A DNA stretch of 43,587 nt from a virus (IMGVR_UViG_3300022895_000015:1-43587), one strand, 5' to 3'. Shown: positions 15,165 through 25,895, counted from the first letter of the stretch. The notes: generated by a model from the letters alone, not told the origin. Numbers and translations are program-made.

Positions 15165-17201
15165 ATGCCCACCGGATACGCAGACGGTGCCGAGGTGTAC
15201 CGCGAAGCGTATTGCCGAGGGCTGACGCCTGACCCTGAACTATGGGTTGATGAATGGGCGGACGAGTACATGCGGATCCCGCGTGACACCGGCGCCGCCG
15301 AACCCGGCAAATACCGCACCGCGCGCACACCCTACGCACGTGAACCAATGCGCTGCCTTTCTCCCGCGCACCCGTGCAAACGGGTGGTGACCAAGGTCGC
15401 CTCGCAGCTGATGAAAACGCAGATCGCCCTGAACTGGATCGGCGCCCTGATTCACATGGCCCCATCCAACATCCTGACACTGCTGCCCAGCCTAGGGCTG
15501 GCCAAGCGTGTGTCGTCCCGGATCGGCAAGACAATCGACGCAACGCCCGAACTCAAGGCGCGCGTGGCAGCTAACCGCTCCAGGGATGCCCGCAACACCA
15601 TGGACACCAAAGAGTTTGAGGGTGGCACGTTGTACGCCACCACCGCTGGCTCGGCGGCGAACCTGTCTGAGCTGTCGGCGCGGTACATCTACGGCGATGA
15701 GGTCGACCGCTGGGACGTTGACGTAGACCAAGAGGGCGATGGCATCAAGCTGGCCGAAGCGCGCGGCAGTACCTTCGGCCGTAACGCAAAGTTCTATTTC
15801 TCCAGTTCCCCGCTCATCAAGGGGGCCTCGCGGATCGATGACCTCTTCATGATGGGGGATCAGCGGCACTACTACGTACCATGTCCTACCTGTGGGCATA
15901 TGCAGATCTTGAAGTGGGAGCGTCTGCTTTACTCCGCGGACTTCAGCACGGTGCATTACCAGTGCGAAGGAACTGAGTGTGATGTGCTGATCGATGAGCA
16001 TCACAAGGCAGAGATGTTGGCCAAGGGTGAGTGGCGAGCCCATGCCAAGGGAGACGGCGAGACAGTGAGCTTCCACCTCAATGCGCTCTATGCGCCTCTA
16101 GGGTGGCATTCTTGGACCATGCTGGCCCGCGAGTTCGAGGGGGCAAAGCGCGCCCAGGATCGCGGCGACTTGGAGCCGATGCAGGTGTTCTACAACACCC
16201 GTTTGGCAGAGGTCTGGGACAGTGCAGTCGAGCAAACCAAGGCCGAGGTGCTTCAGGCCCGTGCGATGCAAGAGGACTACGTTCTTGGAACCTTGCCCGT
16301 GGGGGCGCTTGCCTTAACGGCCTCCGTCGATGTGCAGGCCAATCGCCTGGAGCTTATGGTGATGGCTTGGGGGACAGGCATGGAGCGCTGGGTGGTCGAT
16401 CACCAGGTAATTCCCGGCGACCCGGCCGACGAGCGTACTTGGTCACTGTTGGACGAGCGGCTGAAAGTCCGGTACCGGCACCCCTGCGGCGTGAGCCTCG
16501 GCATCCTGGCTACCGGCATCGATTCCGGCGGTCATCACACCCACGAGGTCTACCAGTTCGCCCGTGTCCGCCGTTGGCGCAACGTGTTCGCGCTTAAGGG
16601 CGCAAGCAAGCCGGGGCGGCCCGTAATCGCCCAGCGGCCGTCGCAGGTGGATGTCACCTGGAAAGGCCAAACCGAGCGCAATGGTGCGGAGCTTTGGATC
16701 GTCGGCACCGATACGGCCAAGGATTGGATTTACAACCGCTACAGCTTTGAGATAGGTCCTGGTGCGTTGCACTTTGCCAAGGACCTGCCCGACGAGTTCT
16801 TCCAGCAGTGCGTGGCCGAGCGAAAGGTCGCCCGCTACGTGAAGGGCTATAAGCGGATTGAGTGGGTCAAGGGCAAGGCCGACCGCAATGAGGCGCTCGA
16901 CCTGATGGTTTACAACTTGGCCATGGCCAACTTCCTCGGCCTGCACCGCTATGGCGAACAGGACTGGGACAAGCTGAGGCAGGCGCTCGCGCAGGCCAAC
17001 TTGTTCGAGCAAAACGAAGCGGAGCCAGCCCGGCCCCAGGCCAGCGAGCCGGACGACGACCAGGACGACGAGATCGATTCGCCGGCTCCTGTACCTGCTC
17101 CGGTCAAGCGCAACGATCCGCCACCACCGCCGGCTCCGCGAGTCGCACCCCAACCCATGCAACGCCGCAGCTCCAGCAGCGGCTATCTCAAGAGACGCTG
17201 A
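15165..17201 (+). CDS. Terminase large subunit (lambda gpA family)
   Basis: ASQLMKTQ, GDEVD, VPCPTCG, IDSGG, RNEALD motifs. Confidence 0.95.
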   Translation: MPTGYADGAEVYREAYCRGLTPDPELWVDEWADEYMRIPRDTGAAEPGKYRTARTPYAREPMRCLSPAHPCKRVVTKVASQLMKTQIALNWIGALIHMAPSNILTLLPSLGLAKRVSSRIGKTIDATPELKARVAANRSRDARNTMDTKEFEGGTLYATTAGSAANLSELSARYIYGDEVDRWDVDVDQEGDGIKLAEARGSTFGRNAKFYFSSSPLIKGASRIDDLFMMGDQRHYYVPCPTCGHMQILKWERLLYSADFSTVHYQCEGTECDVLIDEHHKAEMLAKGEWRAHAKGDGETVSFHLNALYAPLGWHSWTMLAREFEGAKRAQDRGDLEPMQVFYNTRLAEVWDSAVEQTKAEVLQARAMQEDYVLGTLPVGALALTASVDVQANRLELMVMAWGTGMERWVVDHQVIPGDPADERTWSLLDERLKVRYRHPCGVSLGILATGIDSGGHHTHEVYQFARVRRWRNVFALKGASKPGRPVIAQRPSQVDVTWKGQTERNGAELWIVGTDTAKDWIYNRYSFEIGPGALHFAKDLPDEFFQQCVAERKVARYVKGYKRIEWVKGKADRNEALDLMVYNLAMANFLGLHRYGEQDWDKLRQALAQANLFEQNEAEPARPQASEPDDDQDDEIDSPAPVPAPVKRNDPPPPPAPRVAPQPMQRRSSSSGYLKRR

Positions 17202-17202
17202 C

Positions 17203-17409
17203 ATGGCATACACGAAAGCACACCTCGACGCTGTCGAGCGGGCGATTGCACGTGGTGAAAAGACCGTCCGGTACACCGACCGCACCGTTGAATACCGGAC
17301 GGTCGACGAACTGATAAAGGCTCGTGACCTGATCCGTACTGAGCTGACCGCTGCCGCAGGCCCCCGCTCGCGGGTGACCCGTATCTACCACGGGGGCAAG
17401 GGGCTGTGA
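17203..17409 (+). CDS. Head-to-tail joining protein (lambda gpW-like)
   Basis: AIARGEKTVRY.DRTVEYR; between terL and portal. Confidence 0.85.
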   Translation: MAYTKAHLDAVERAIARGEKTVRYTDRTVEYRTVDELIKARDLIRTELTAAAGPRSRVTRIYHGGKGL

Positions 17410-18896
17410 GCGGACGCTACCTGTCCCTCGGTCGTTCAGGCATTTTGGTGCCCGAGCGGATTAAGGCCAGCTACGAAGGCGCCGCCGAGGGACGGCGCTC
17501 ATCAGGATGGGATGCGCCTGACACCGGCGTGAACAGCTTGATCATGCCGGCCTTGCGTAACCTGCGCTCACGCTCCCGCAGCGCGGTGCGCAATGACCCT
17601 TATGCTGCCAATGTCATCGACAAGCGCGTCAGTAACCTGATCGGTACCGGCATCACGCCGCACCCTCGGCTGCTCGACAAGGCGGTCCGCAAGGTGATGC
17701 AAGAGCTGTGGGAGGACTGGGTTGATGAGGCTGATGCCGATCAGCTCACGGACTTCTATGGCTTGCAGGCGCTGGTGGCCCGCACGGTAGAGCAGTCGGG
17801 CGAATGCTTCATTCGTCTGCGTCCGCGCCGGCTGGAGGACGGCTACGCGGTACCGCTGCAGCTGCAGTGCCTATCGCCAGAGTTTGTCCCCCATGACAAG
17901 TTCGAAGTCACCCGTTTCGGCAACGTCATTCGGGCCGGCATCGAGTTCAACACCCTGGGCCGGCGCGTGGCGTATTGGTGCTACCGCAGCCATCCCAGCG
18001 ACAAGTCCTCTCTCAATGTGGGCTACAACCAGCTGGTGCGGATTCCAGCTGAGCAGATGCTGCATGTGTTTGAGCCCTTGGAACCTGGGCAATTGCGCGG
18101 CGTACCGCGCTTGGCGCCGGTCCTGAAGCGTCTGCGTAGCCTGGACAACTTCGACGACGCGGTGTTGTTCCGGCAAGAGGTCGCCAACCTATTTGCCGGC
18201 TTCGTTCGTAAGCCAGCCCCGGACGGCCCGCCGCAACTCGACCCGCTTACCGGGGCGCCGGTCAGATACGACCGAGACGGCTTCACCCCGATGGTAGGGC
18301 TGGAGCCCGGCACGATGCAGGAGCTGCTGCCTGGTGAGCAGGTCGAGTTCTCGGACCCGCCGGACGCCGGTAACAACTACCCCGACTTCATGCGGCAGCA
18401 GCTGATGGCCGCTGCCGCTGGCTCGGGGTTGCCTTACGAACTCATGACTGGCGACATGCAAGGCGTGAACGACCGCGCGATCCGGGTGGTACTGACCGAG
18501 TTCCGTCGACGGTTGGAGCAGATCCAGTTCCAGGTGTACGTCCATCAGCTTTGTCGGCCGGTACGTAAAGCCTGGATGGACATGGCTGTGCTCGCTGGTG
18601 CGCTCGATCTACCTGACTACGCACAGCGCCGCCGTGAGTACCACCGTACACGTTGGGTACCGCAGGGCTGGGCTTACATCCATCCGGTGCAGGATGTCCA
18701 GTCGCGCAGCATGGAGATCGCCGCAGGCTTCGCATCGCGCAGTGAGGTGTGCCTGCGTAACGGTACGGATGCGGAGGTGGTCGACGAAGAGAACGCCGCC
18801 GATATCGCCCGGGCGAAGGCCTTGGGCCTCAACTACAGCAGCTTGCCGGCCGTCGAGGATGACCCTGATGAGTCCGGCGACAAGGGGGAGAAATGA
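17406..18896 (+). CDS. Portal protein (lambda family)
   Basis: LR.RSR..RND.YA, GQLRGVP, YE.MTGD, I.PV.D motifs. Confidence 0.94.
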   Translation: MSGRYLSLGRSGILVPERIKASYEGAAEGRRSSGWDAPDTGVNSLIMPALRNLRSRSRSAVRNDPYAANVIDKRVSNLIGTGITPHPRLLDKAVRKVMQELWEDWVDEADADQLTDFYGLQALVARTVEQSGECFIRLRPRRLEDGYAVPLQLQCLSPEFVPHDKFEVTRFGNVIRAGIEFNTLGRRVAYWCYRSHPSDKSSLNVGYNQLVRIPAEQMLHVFEPLEPGQLRGVPRLAPVLKRLRSLDNFDDAVLFRQEVANLFAGFVRKPAPDGPPQLDPLTGAPVRYDRDGFTPMVGLEPGTMQELLPGEQVEFSDPPDAGNNYPDFMRQQLMAAAAGSGLPYELMTGDMQGVNDRAIRVVLTEFRRRLEQIQFQVYVHQLCRPVRKAWMDMAVLAGALDLPDYAQRRREYHRTRWVPQGWAYIHPVQDVQSRSMEIAAGFASRSEVCLRNGTDAEVVDEENAADIARAKALGLNYSSLPAVEDDPDESGDKGEK

Positions 18897-20050
18897 AAAA
18901 GCTGATGCCGTTTCGTATCTTTAACAAGGCGCCCTCGGTGCAGCATATCGAAGACCAGCATTGGTACAAGATCAGCGCGGCGGTTGAGGGGCAAGGCGAT
19001 GCCAAGGCCGATACCACTCCCATCGAGATCTACATCTACGGTGAGATCGGGGGCTGGGGCATCACCGCGAACGAGTTCATTCAGGACCTGAAGGCGATTG
19101 ATGACGGCGTTTCACCGGTGGTGGTGGCCTTCAATACTATCGGTGGCGATCTGTTCGACGGGTTGGCTATTCACAACGCGCTAAACCGGTTGGGTGAGCG
19201 CTGCACCGCGCGTGTTGATGCTCTGGCGGCCAGCGCTGGAAGCGTCGCTGCGTGCGGCGCCCACCGCCTGGTGATGGCTTCGAATGCGATGCTGATGGTG
19301 CACAACCCGTGGACCTGGACCAGCGGTGATGCCGAGGACTTGCGCCGGGTGGCCGACGTCCTCGACCAAACCTTCGAGGCGATCATCGCGGCATACAAGG
19401 CCAAGGCGCCGGGCATCGACGACGCCGAGCTGCGCCGTATGGTCAACGATGAAACCTGGTTGACTGCGCAGGAAGCACTTGCGCTGGGCCTGGCTGACGA
19501 AGTGGGCAATGGGGTCGAGGTCAAGGCGTGCCTTGGCCAGGGCGCGGCGATGCAGCGCTACCGTCAGACACCCAAGGCGCTGCTGGATCAGTTGGCCGAC
19601 CTGCCGGAGGCAGCGAGTGGCCAGCCGGCAACACCACCTGACCCGCCAGCGGCTGACCCTGGCGACTCTACTGCGCTGGCCTTGATGATCGCCCAAGACT
19701 GCGCCAAGGCGGGAATCAGCAATCTGGTCGAGCCGTTGATCGCCTCCACCAAACTGGCCGACAAGGCCACGGTGCAGGCTGCCTTGACGCGTGCGAAGGG
19801 GGTCCGCGATCTCTGTGTAGCTGCTCGGCTGCCGGAGCTTACCGTTGAATTTGTGCAGGCCGGCTTGGAGCCTGATGCGGTGCGGGCTCGGCTGTTCGAG
19901 AAGCTGGTCAGCTCCGGCAAAGGTTTTGAGATCGACAACAGCCTGCCGCCGGCCGATGACGAGCCTGAGAAGGTCAAGGCGCAGTTACCCAATCCATCCA
20001 GCATCTGGGCTGCCCGCCGGCAGGCCGCCAATAAAGGAGCACGACTATGA
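18893..20050 (+). CDS. ClpP-like head maturation protease / scaffold
   Basis: IYGEIG, N..GGD, LAASAGS, MVHNPW, ETWL.A.EA..GLAD. Confidence 0.93.
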   Translation: MKKLMPFRIFNKAPSVQHIEDQHWYKISAAVEGQGDAKADTTPIEIYIYGEIGGWGITANEFIQDLKAIDDGVSPVVVAFNTIGGDLFDGLAIHNALNRLGERCTARVDALAASAGSVAACGAHRLVMASNAMLMVHNPWTWTSGDAEDLRRVADVLDQTFEAIIAAYKAKAPGIDDAELRRMVNDETWLTAQEALALGLADEVGNGVEVKACLGQGAAMQRYRQTPKALLDQLADLPEAASGQPATPPDPPAADPGDSTALALMIAQDCAKAGISNLVEPLIASTKLADKATVQAALTRAKGVRDLCVAARLPELTVEFVQAGLEPDAVRARLFEKLVSSGKGFEIDNSLPPADDEPEKVKAQLPNPSSIWAARRQAANKGARL

Positions 20051-20394
20051 GTAACATCCGCCAGGAGCCAGTTCACACCGGTGAGTTCCTGCTTTCCGAG
20101 GGCCCGGGAAAGATCTCTCGCGAAGCCATCAATGTCGCTGCCGGTCCTGGCCTTGTCGCTGGTCAAGTGCTTGGTCTGGTAACGGCCAGCAGCGAATTCA
20201 CTGCCTACGACCCCGCTGCAGAAAACGGCAGCGAAAAAGCCGTGTGCATTCTCTATGCCTCTCTCGGTGAGTCCGAAACCGTTCGGCGCGGCCGCGCGGT
20301 GGTGCGGCTGGCAGAGGTCAGTGAGGACCTGCTTACCGGCATCGACGCCGATGCGGAACAGGCATTGGCAGCGCATTTCATCATCCTGCGCTGA
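20047..20394 (+). CDS. Head decoration protein
   Basis: EFLLSE..SRE, G.VLG, YDP..GSE motifs; precedes the capsid gene. Confidence 0.85.
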   Translation: MSNIRQEPVHTGEFLLSEGPGKISREAINVAAGPGLVAGQVLGLVTASSEFTAYDPAAENGSEKAVCILYASLGESETVRRGRAVVRLAEVSEDLLTGIDADAEQALAAHFIILR

Positions 20395-20412
20395 CCCGAC
20401 TCTCTTTCACCC

Positions 20413-20440
20413 CAACCCCGCCCTGAGCGGGGTTCTTAAT
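20413..20440 (+). terminator. Hairpin before the capsid gene
   Basis: AACCCCGC-CCTGA-GCGGGGTT followed by a T-rich run. Confidence 0.55.
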
Positions 20441-20454
20441 TTCTGGAGTACCTC

Positions 20455-21450
20455 ATGGCTGAGATTGCCATTTTCCAAGACGACGCTTTCGGCGTTGCAG
20501 CCCTCACCGCTGCTATCAACGAGCAGGAGTATGTGCCAGGGCGCCTTGCGGCTCTTGGCCTGTTCCAAGAGGAGGGTGTCGCCACCCTTACCGTGCAGAT
20601 CGAGAAAGACGGTGACACGCTCGCTCTGGTGCCGGCGGGGGAGCGCGGTACCTCTGGTCTGGTGGTGGGTGGTAGCAAGCGCACGCTGATCCCGTTCAAT
20701 ACCGTTCACCTGCCGCAGCGCTTTGCGATCAAAGCGGACGAGATTCAGGGTATTCGCGCGTTCGGCACGCTGACGGAGCTGCAGGCCGTACAGGATGTGG
20801 TCAACAAGCGTCTGGCTAAGGCGAAACGCCAACTGGATGCCACTCACGAGTTTCATCGGATGGGGGCCATCAACGGCAAGGTGCTCGACGCAGACGGCTC
20901 TTCAGTGCTGCTGGACATCTACAAGGTTTTCGGGGTGTCGCAGCAGAAGCAGTCGATGGGACTGAATGACCCGAACGCCAACATTCAGGTGCAGTGCATG
21001 GACGCCTTGGACATGCAAGAAGATGCTCTCGGCAACGTGACCACCACCGGCGCCCGCGCTTTCTGCGGCAAGACCTTCTGGAAGAAACTCATCGCCCACT
21101 CATCGGTTGTCGATACCTACAAGGGTAGCCAGCAGGCCGCAGCGCTTCGTGGCGACGGGCGTGAAACGTTCGAGTTCGGTGGTATTAGCTGGGAGCGTTA
21201 CCGGGGCAAGGTCGCGGGTGTTCCATTCGTCCCTGACGATGAAGCGCGCTTGGTGCCTGAGGGGGTTTCTGAACTGTTCCTGTCGGTTTACGCGCCGGCA
21301 GACTATATGGAAACCGTCAACACCGAAGGCCTGCCGTATTACAGCAAGCTGGAGGAAATGCCCTTCGGTAAGGGTGTTGCGGGTGAGGCTCAGTCCAACC
21401 CGTTGCACATCTGCACGCGCCCCCGTGCAGTCATCCGCCTGACCGCCTGA
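20455..21450 (+). CDS. Major capsid protein (lambda gpE family)
   Basis: LT.AIN, ADEIQGIRAFG, QSNPL..CTRP; 331 aa. Confidence 0.93.
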   Translation: MAEIAIFQDDAFGVAALTAAINEQEYVPGRLAALGLFQEEGVATLTVQIEKDGDTLALVPAGERGTSGLVVGGSKRTLIPFNTVHLPQRFAIKADEIQGIRAFGTLTELQAVQDVVNKRLAKAKRQLDATHEFHRMGAINGKVLDADGSSVLLDIYKVFGVSQQKQSMGLNDPNANIQVQCMDALDMQEDALGNVTTTGARAFCGKTFWKKLIAHSSVVDTYKGSQQAAALRGDGRETFEFGGISWERYRGKVAGVPFVPDDEARLVPEGVSELFLSVYAPADYMETVNTEGLPYYSKLEEMPFGKGVAGEAQSNPLHICTRPRAVIRLTA

Positions 21451-21452
21451 TC

Positions 21453-21767
21453 ATGGCCTTCCGCGACCTGATCGATGATCTGGACGAGGTGGTGTTCGAT
21501 GTCCTCGGCGATCTTGCGCATATCGAAGGTCGCGAGGTTCTCGGGATGTTCTCGGCGCCGTGGCTGCAGCCCAAGCTCGGCCAGATCAATACCGGCCTGC
21601 GTGAGCCGCACCTGGTCATCCGCGTTGGCGACAACACGGGTGTCGATACGCGGCAGAGCGTGGTGGTCGATCTGCCGCCTGAGGACGGTGGTGGCAACTA
21701 CATCATCACGCGCATAGAGCCAGGCGGCGATGGCCTGGTAACGCTCGTTCTGAGGAAAACACCATGA
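21453..21767 (+). CDS. Head-tail joining protein
   Basis: Synteny; C-terminal P.GDGL..L.L. Confidence 0.7.
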   Translation: MAFRDLIDDLDEVVFDVLGDLAHIEGREVLGMFSAPWLQPKLGQINTGLREPHLVIRVGDNTGVDTRQSVVVDLPPEDGGGNYIITRIEPGGDGLVTLVLRKTP

Positions 21768-22426
21768 GTGTCGGCAGCTATCACAAGGTGTCAGCCAGTG
21801 CGGGTTTTTTGATCCTGCAGATGAGCCCGCAAGACGTCAAAGGCTTCGAGGACTTTGCCAAGCTGGTACCCAAGGCTATGGCTGCAGCTCAGCGCAGAGC
21901 GATTAACAAGACGCTTCGTTGGCTTCGCGGGCAGGTTGCGCGTGAGGTGGGGCGGCAAGAGCGAATCGCCATCGCTGCGGTGAGGCAGCGGCTCAAGGCC
22001 TTCCCGATGGGCAGCAACGGGCAAGGCAAGCTGTGGTTCGGTATCCGTCCAATCGAAGCCAGTCGCGCTGGTCGTCCTCGGCAAACCCGAACCGGTGTTT
22101 CGGTGGCTGGGCGCCGGTACCAGGGGGCGTTCTATCGGCAGGTATACGGGGGCAAGCCGGATATCTGGATCCGCACAGCCAGCAAGCACTTCGATGCTGC
22201 CAACTACCCGGATAGTGAAGTCTCTGGCGGTGGTGGTCCCCGGTCCGGCTGGGTTTCAGAGAACGACAGTCGCTTCCCACTGGCGAAGGCGAAAATCTCG
22301 CTCAATGACGTTCGCCCTTACTTTGAAGCTTGGACTAACCGGGCGCACGATCGGTTGAAGGTGGTCCTCGAGCAAGAGCTGAACTTTGAACTGCAGAAGT
22401 ATTTGCGGAGAACAGGCAATGGTTGA
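21764..22426 (+). CDS. Tail completion protein (lambda gpZ-like)
   Basis: RAINKT, basic composition, synteny. Confidence 0.7.
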   Translation: MSVGSYHKVSASAGFLILQMSPQDVKGFEDFAKLVPKAMAAAQRRAINKTLRWLRGQVAREVGRQERIAIAAVRQRLKAFPMGSNGQGKLWFGIRPIEASRAGRPRQTRTGVSVAGRRYQGAFYRQVYGGKPDIWIRTASKHFDAANYPDSEVSGGGGPRSGWVSENDSRFPLAKAKISLNDVRPYFEAWTNRAHDRLKVVLEQELNFELQKYLRRTGNG

Positions 22427-22949
22427 TGACCCGATACCTCTCGCTGGGATCTACACGGCGATTGAGCAACATGTAAGTGACGCCATCCCAGGCCTCGCCT
22501 ATGTCGGCACCATGCCGGACGGGATCGAGGTCGTGCCGATGCCTGCAGTAGTGCTGGAGTTGGCTGGCCTTGAGAGTGCGGACAAGGATCCTGGTACCGG
22601 TGAAACTGCCGTCGATGCTCGCTTCGAGGCGCGTGTGATTGTTGGTGTAGAGGTGCCCAACTGCTTGCATGTGGTCGCTTTCGCTGCGGCTCAGCTGGCG
22701 GTCCTGCTACGGATGCAGTCCTGGGGTTTAGCGGTTGAGTTTGCTCAGTTCGTGAGGGCAGAGCGGGACTGGAGCCGTCCCGAGCTGGATAGTTATGCGG
22801 TCTGGGTGGTTGAGTGGACCCAAGTGATCTATCTCGGAGAGGAGGAGTGGCCGTGGCCCCGAGAGCCCGGCCCGCTGGTGGTCGCCTTCGATCCTGACAG
22901 TGGTCCAGGCAACGAGCACCATTACCAATCACCTGAGGCCCTGGAGTGA
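22419..22949 (+). CDS. Tail terminator / neck protein
   Basis: Synteny; W.VEWTQ..YLG motif as in R-pyocin neck genes. Confidence 0.65.
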   Translation: MVDDPIPLAGIYTAIEQHVSDAIPGLAYVGTMPDGIEVVPMPAVVLELAGLESADKDPGTGETAVDARFEARVIVGVEVPNCLHVVAFAAAQLAVLLRMQSWGLAVEFAQFVRAERDWSRPELDSYAVWVVEWTQVIYLGEEEWPWPREPGPLVVAFDPDSGPGNEHHYQSPEALE

Positions 22950-23548
22950 GTTACGCGAGCGCCGAGCACGACCGCATGTTGGCCGGCGTGATGATCAAGG
23001 GATATGTCGTGGCGGTCGACCTGGACGCCGGCAAGCTGCGCATGTCGGACGGTAGCGGCTGGAGCAGTGCCTGGGTGCGTTGGCACTCGTTGGCTGCCGG
23101 CAAGGTGCGACACTGGCGAGCACCGAGCCTGGGAGAGCAGGGCGCGTTGGTCAGCCCTAGCGGCGACCCTGCTCAGGGTACTTTCATTCCGGGCCTGTAC
23201 GGCAATGCCGGCGAGCGCCCGGACAACCGCGACCATGTCGAGGTGTGGCGTTTCGATGATGGCGGGTCTCTGGTCTACGACTGGGCGGCCAATAGCTACA
23301 CCATCAAGCTGCCCACCGGCACAGTCAACATTGAGGTCGGCAGCAGCAAGGCGGTGGTTACCGACGACGCGATCACCGCCCAGTCGACTGCGATCAGCGC
23401 CGAGGCCGAGAGCATCACGGCTAAGGCCGCCCAGATCACTCTGCAGGGCGCTGTGCAGATCGACGGGCCGTTACGCGTAACGGGCGACATCTTCGGCCTC
23501 GGGAAAATCATCGATACCGGCGGCAACACAGCCAACCACAAACACTGA
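22946..23548 (+). CDS. Baseplate spike (P2 gpV-like)
   Basis: WR.PS.GEQ, F.DG..YD, C-terminal HKH. Confidence 0.92.
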   Translation: MSYASAEHDRMLAGVMIKGYVVAVDLDAGKLRMSDGSGWSSAWVRWHSLAAGKVRHWRAPSLGEQGALVSPSGDPAQGTFIPGLYGNAGERPDNRDHVEVWRFDDGGSLVYDWAANSYTIKLPTGTVNIEVGSSKAVVTDDAITAQSTAISAEAESITAKAAQITLQGAVQIDGPLRVTGDIFGLGKIIDTGGNTANHKH

Positions 23549-23591
23549 CAGCCCGCTCTCGCGGGCTTTGTCTTTTCTGGAGCATCACTTT

Positions 23592-23870
23592 ATGGCAGTC
23601 AAGAAAACCGCTGCGGATGACGCGTTAACGGATGCGGGCGAATCAGCAGTTGTACCTAGTTCGGGCTCCGATCTCGTTGTGTTGGAGGCTGCGCCGCTTG
23701 GCGTGACCTACGCCGACAGTGCCTACACCTCGCGCTCGCTGTTCCTGCAGGCCGGCGACGACCTGCGCGAGTTCAAGGTGCTGGCCGGCCGCGTGACTAT
23801 CCAGCACGACGACGCCGAGGCGCTGGCGTTTCTGGGTGGCCATGCCGACCTGCAGCGATTGGGCGGCTAA
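23592..23870 (+). CDS. Hypothetical protein
   Basis: CTGGAG RBS after a hairpin (23550-23575); fills the gap before gpW. Confidence 0.65.
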   Translation: MAVKKTAADDALTDAGESAVVPSSGSDLVVLEAAPLGVTYADSAYTSRSLFLQAGDDLREFKVLAGRVTIQHDDAEALAFLGGHADLQRLGG

Positions 23871-23872
23871 CC

Positions 23873-24199
23873 ATGATTGGCGTGGACCGGCAAACCGGCC
23901 AGCCACTTTCGGGCCTCGATCATCTGAAACAGTCGATTGAGGACATTCTGACCACCCCCTTGGGTAGCCGGCGCATGCGACCGGAGTACGGCAGCAACCT
24001 ACGCCGCTTTGTCGACTTGCCGGTTAATGAGGGCTGGAAAAGCGCCGTGCAGGCCGAGGTGGCCCGCGCCTTGGGCCGCTGGGAGCCGCGCGTGCAACTG
24101 GAGCGCGTCAAGGTGGTTTCCGTGCTCAATGGCCAGATTGGCTTGGAGCTGACAGGCCGGTACCTGGGTAACTCGGCCGTTGTAGAGGTGAGCGCATGA
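23873..24199 (+). CDS. Baseplate gpW/gp25-family protein
   Basis: QSI.DILTTP.GSR.MRPEYGS, WEPR. Confidence 0.93.
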   Translation: MIGVDRQTGQPLSGLDHLKQSIEDILTTPLGSRRMRPEYGSNLRRFVDLPVNEGWKSAVQAEVARALGRWEPRVQLERVKVVSVLNGQIGLELTGRYLGNSAVVEVSA

Positions 24200-25176
24200 T
24201 TGACCTGTCATTGCTGCCCCCGCCAGATGTGGTGGAAACCCTGGAGTTTGAGGCGCTGTATCAGGAGGTGCTGAGCATCTTCCGTCACCACATGGCCGAC
24301 CAGTGGACGGCGGTGTTGGAGTCCGACCCGGTCGTAAAGCTGATGGAGACCATGGCCTACCGCGAGCTGCTGATGCGGGCGCGGGTCAATGCGGCGGCCA
24401 AGGCCAGCTTGCTGGCTTATGCCAAGGCTGCCGACCTTGACAACCGCGCCGCCGACTACGGCGTGCAGCGGTTGACCATTCGCGCAGCCAACCCCGATGC
24501 AGTGCCGCCTGTGTCAGCCGTGATGGAGGGCGACGAGGCGTTGCGCTACCGCACGCGGTTGTCGCTTGAGGCGCTGTCTGTTGCCGGCAGTCGCGGCGCG
24601 TATGAGTACCACGGCCTAACCGCCTCGGCGGAGCTGGCCAACGTCTCCGTCGATTCGCCCCGGTTTTCCGGGGTGGCGCTCGATGCCGCGGTTAAATCGC
24701 AACTGCCAGACGGGGCCATTGTGGTGGTCTGCGACTACGACGCCGGACTGGCCAACCCGCTGCCCGGCGACGTGTCGCTGGCCATCCTGCCCAGGCCGGA
24801 CAGCACGACGCTGCCGGCGCAACTGGTGGCCACGGTGCAGGCGGCGCTGTCGGCTGAGAGTGTGCGGCCGGTCACTGACCGCCCGCGTGTTCAAGCCGGC
24901 ACGCCGGCCGACTTCAAGGTGCAGGCCGTCCTGCACGTTGAGGCGGGGCCTGATCCGGCGGTAGTCAAGGCATCTGCCCGTAAGGGCCTGGATGCGGCGA
25001 TTGCCGAGGCGCGGCGCCTAGAAGGGCAGTTGCCCCTCTCGGCGATCTACGCAGCGTTACACGTAACGGGGATCAGCCAGGTGGACCTTACACACCCTGC
25101 CGCCGGCATCGTGTGTGACAAGCGGCATTACCCCAACTGTACGTCAATTGCGCTGACCACGCAGGTGGCGACATGA
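24196..25176 (+). CDS. Baseplate gpJ
   Basis: IDLS.LP.P.VVE, ESDP..KL, SVAG..AY.YH, VRP.TD. Confidence 0.93.
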   Translation: MIDLSLLPPPDVVETLEFEALYQEVLSIFRHHMADQWTAVLESDPVVKLMETMAYRELLMRARVNAAAKASLLAYAKAADLDNRAADYGVQRLTIRAANPDAVPPVSAVMEGDEALRYRTRLSLEALSVAGSRGAYEYHGLTASAELANVSVDSPRFSGVALDAAVKSQLPDGAIVVVCDYDAGLANPLPGDVSLAILPRPDSTTLPAQLVATVQAALSAESVRPVTDRPRVQAGTPADFKVQAVLHVEAGPDPAVVKASARKGLDAAIAEARRLEGQLPLSAIYAALHVTGISQVDLTHPAAGIVCDKRHYPNCTSIALTTQVAT

Positions 25177-25895
25177 GCCTGTTACCGCAGAACGCCACGT
25201 TACTGGAACGCGCCCTGGAGCGTGCTAGCGAGCAAGGCATTGACCCGGAGGTGATCCGGGGCATCGCCGACTCGAAACGCTGCCCGCCTGACTTCCTGCC
25301 GTGGCTCGGTTGGGCCTGGAAGGTTGAAGGGTGGGAGGCGGCCAACACCAACGCCCAGCGCCGCGAGCTGGTCCGCGAGGCGATCCCAGTTCACAAGACC
25401 AAGGGCACTGTCGGTGCGATCCGGCGGGTGCTCAAGGCGGTGCGGGTCAACGCGGATTTCAAGGAGTGGCACCAGATCCCCAACGCGGCCCCGTACACGT
25501 TCCAGGTCACGGCCTGGGCGAACGAGAACCGCGAGGGGGAGGGCTCGATTATTTCGCCGCAGCTGGGGGAGCGCTTGCGCGCCCTGGTCGACGCGGCGAA
25601 GAACGAGCGAAGCCACTACGAGTTTCGCCTGGGGGCGCGCTTCGACGGTGGCCTGGTGTTTGCCAATGCCAGCCGAGGGCGTGGGTTGCAGCGCCTAAGC
25701 GTGGATGCCCAGGCGGTGCAGATTGACGTGGCGGTGCAGGGCCTGCAGCTGGCCAATGCCACCCAGTCGCTCGGTGTGTCTCGGCGGTCGGTCGAGGCCC
25801 TGGGCGTTCCGATCAACGCTGAATCGGGCTTTGTGGTCGCTTGTGCGACCCGCGCCCTAGTCGTCGTGCGCAGCACGATGGAGGCTGTTCTATGA
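25173..25895 (+). CDS. Tail protein gpI
   Basis: SLLP.N.T.LERAL, CP..LPWL.W, H..KGT..A. Confidence 0.92.
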   Translation: MSLLPQNATLLERALERASEQGIDPEVIRGIADSKRCPPDFLPWLGWAWKVEGWEAANTNAQRRELVREAIPVHKTKGTVGAIRRVLKAVRVNADFKEWHQIPNAAPYTFQVTAWANENREGEGSIISPQLGERLRALVDAAKNERSHYEFRLGARFDGGLVFANASRGRGLQRLSVDAQAVQIDVAVQGLQLANATQSLGVSRRSVEALGVPINAESGFVVACATRALVVVRSTMEAVL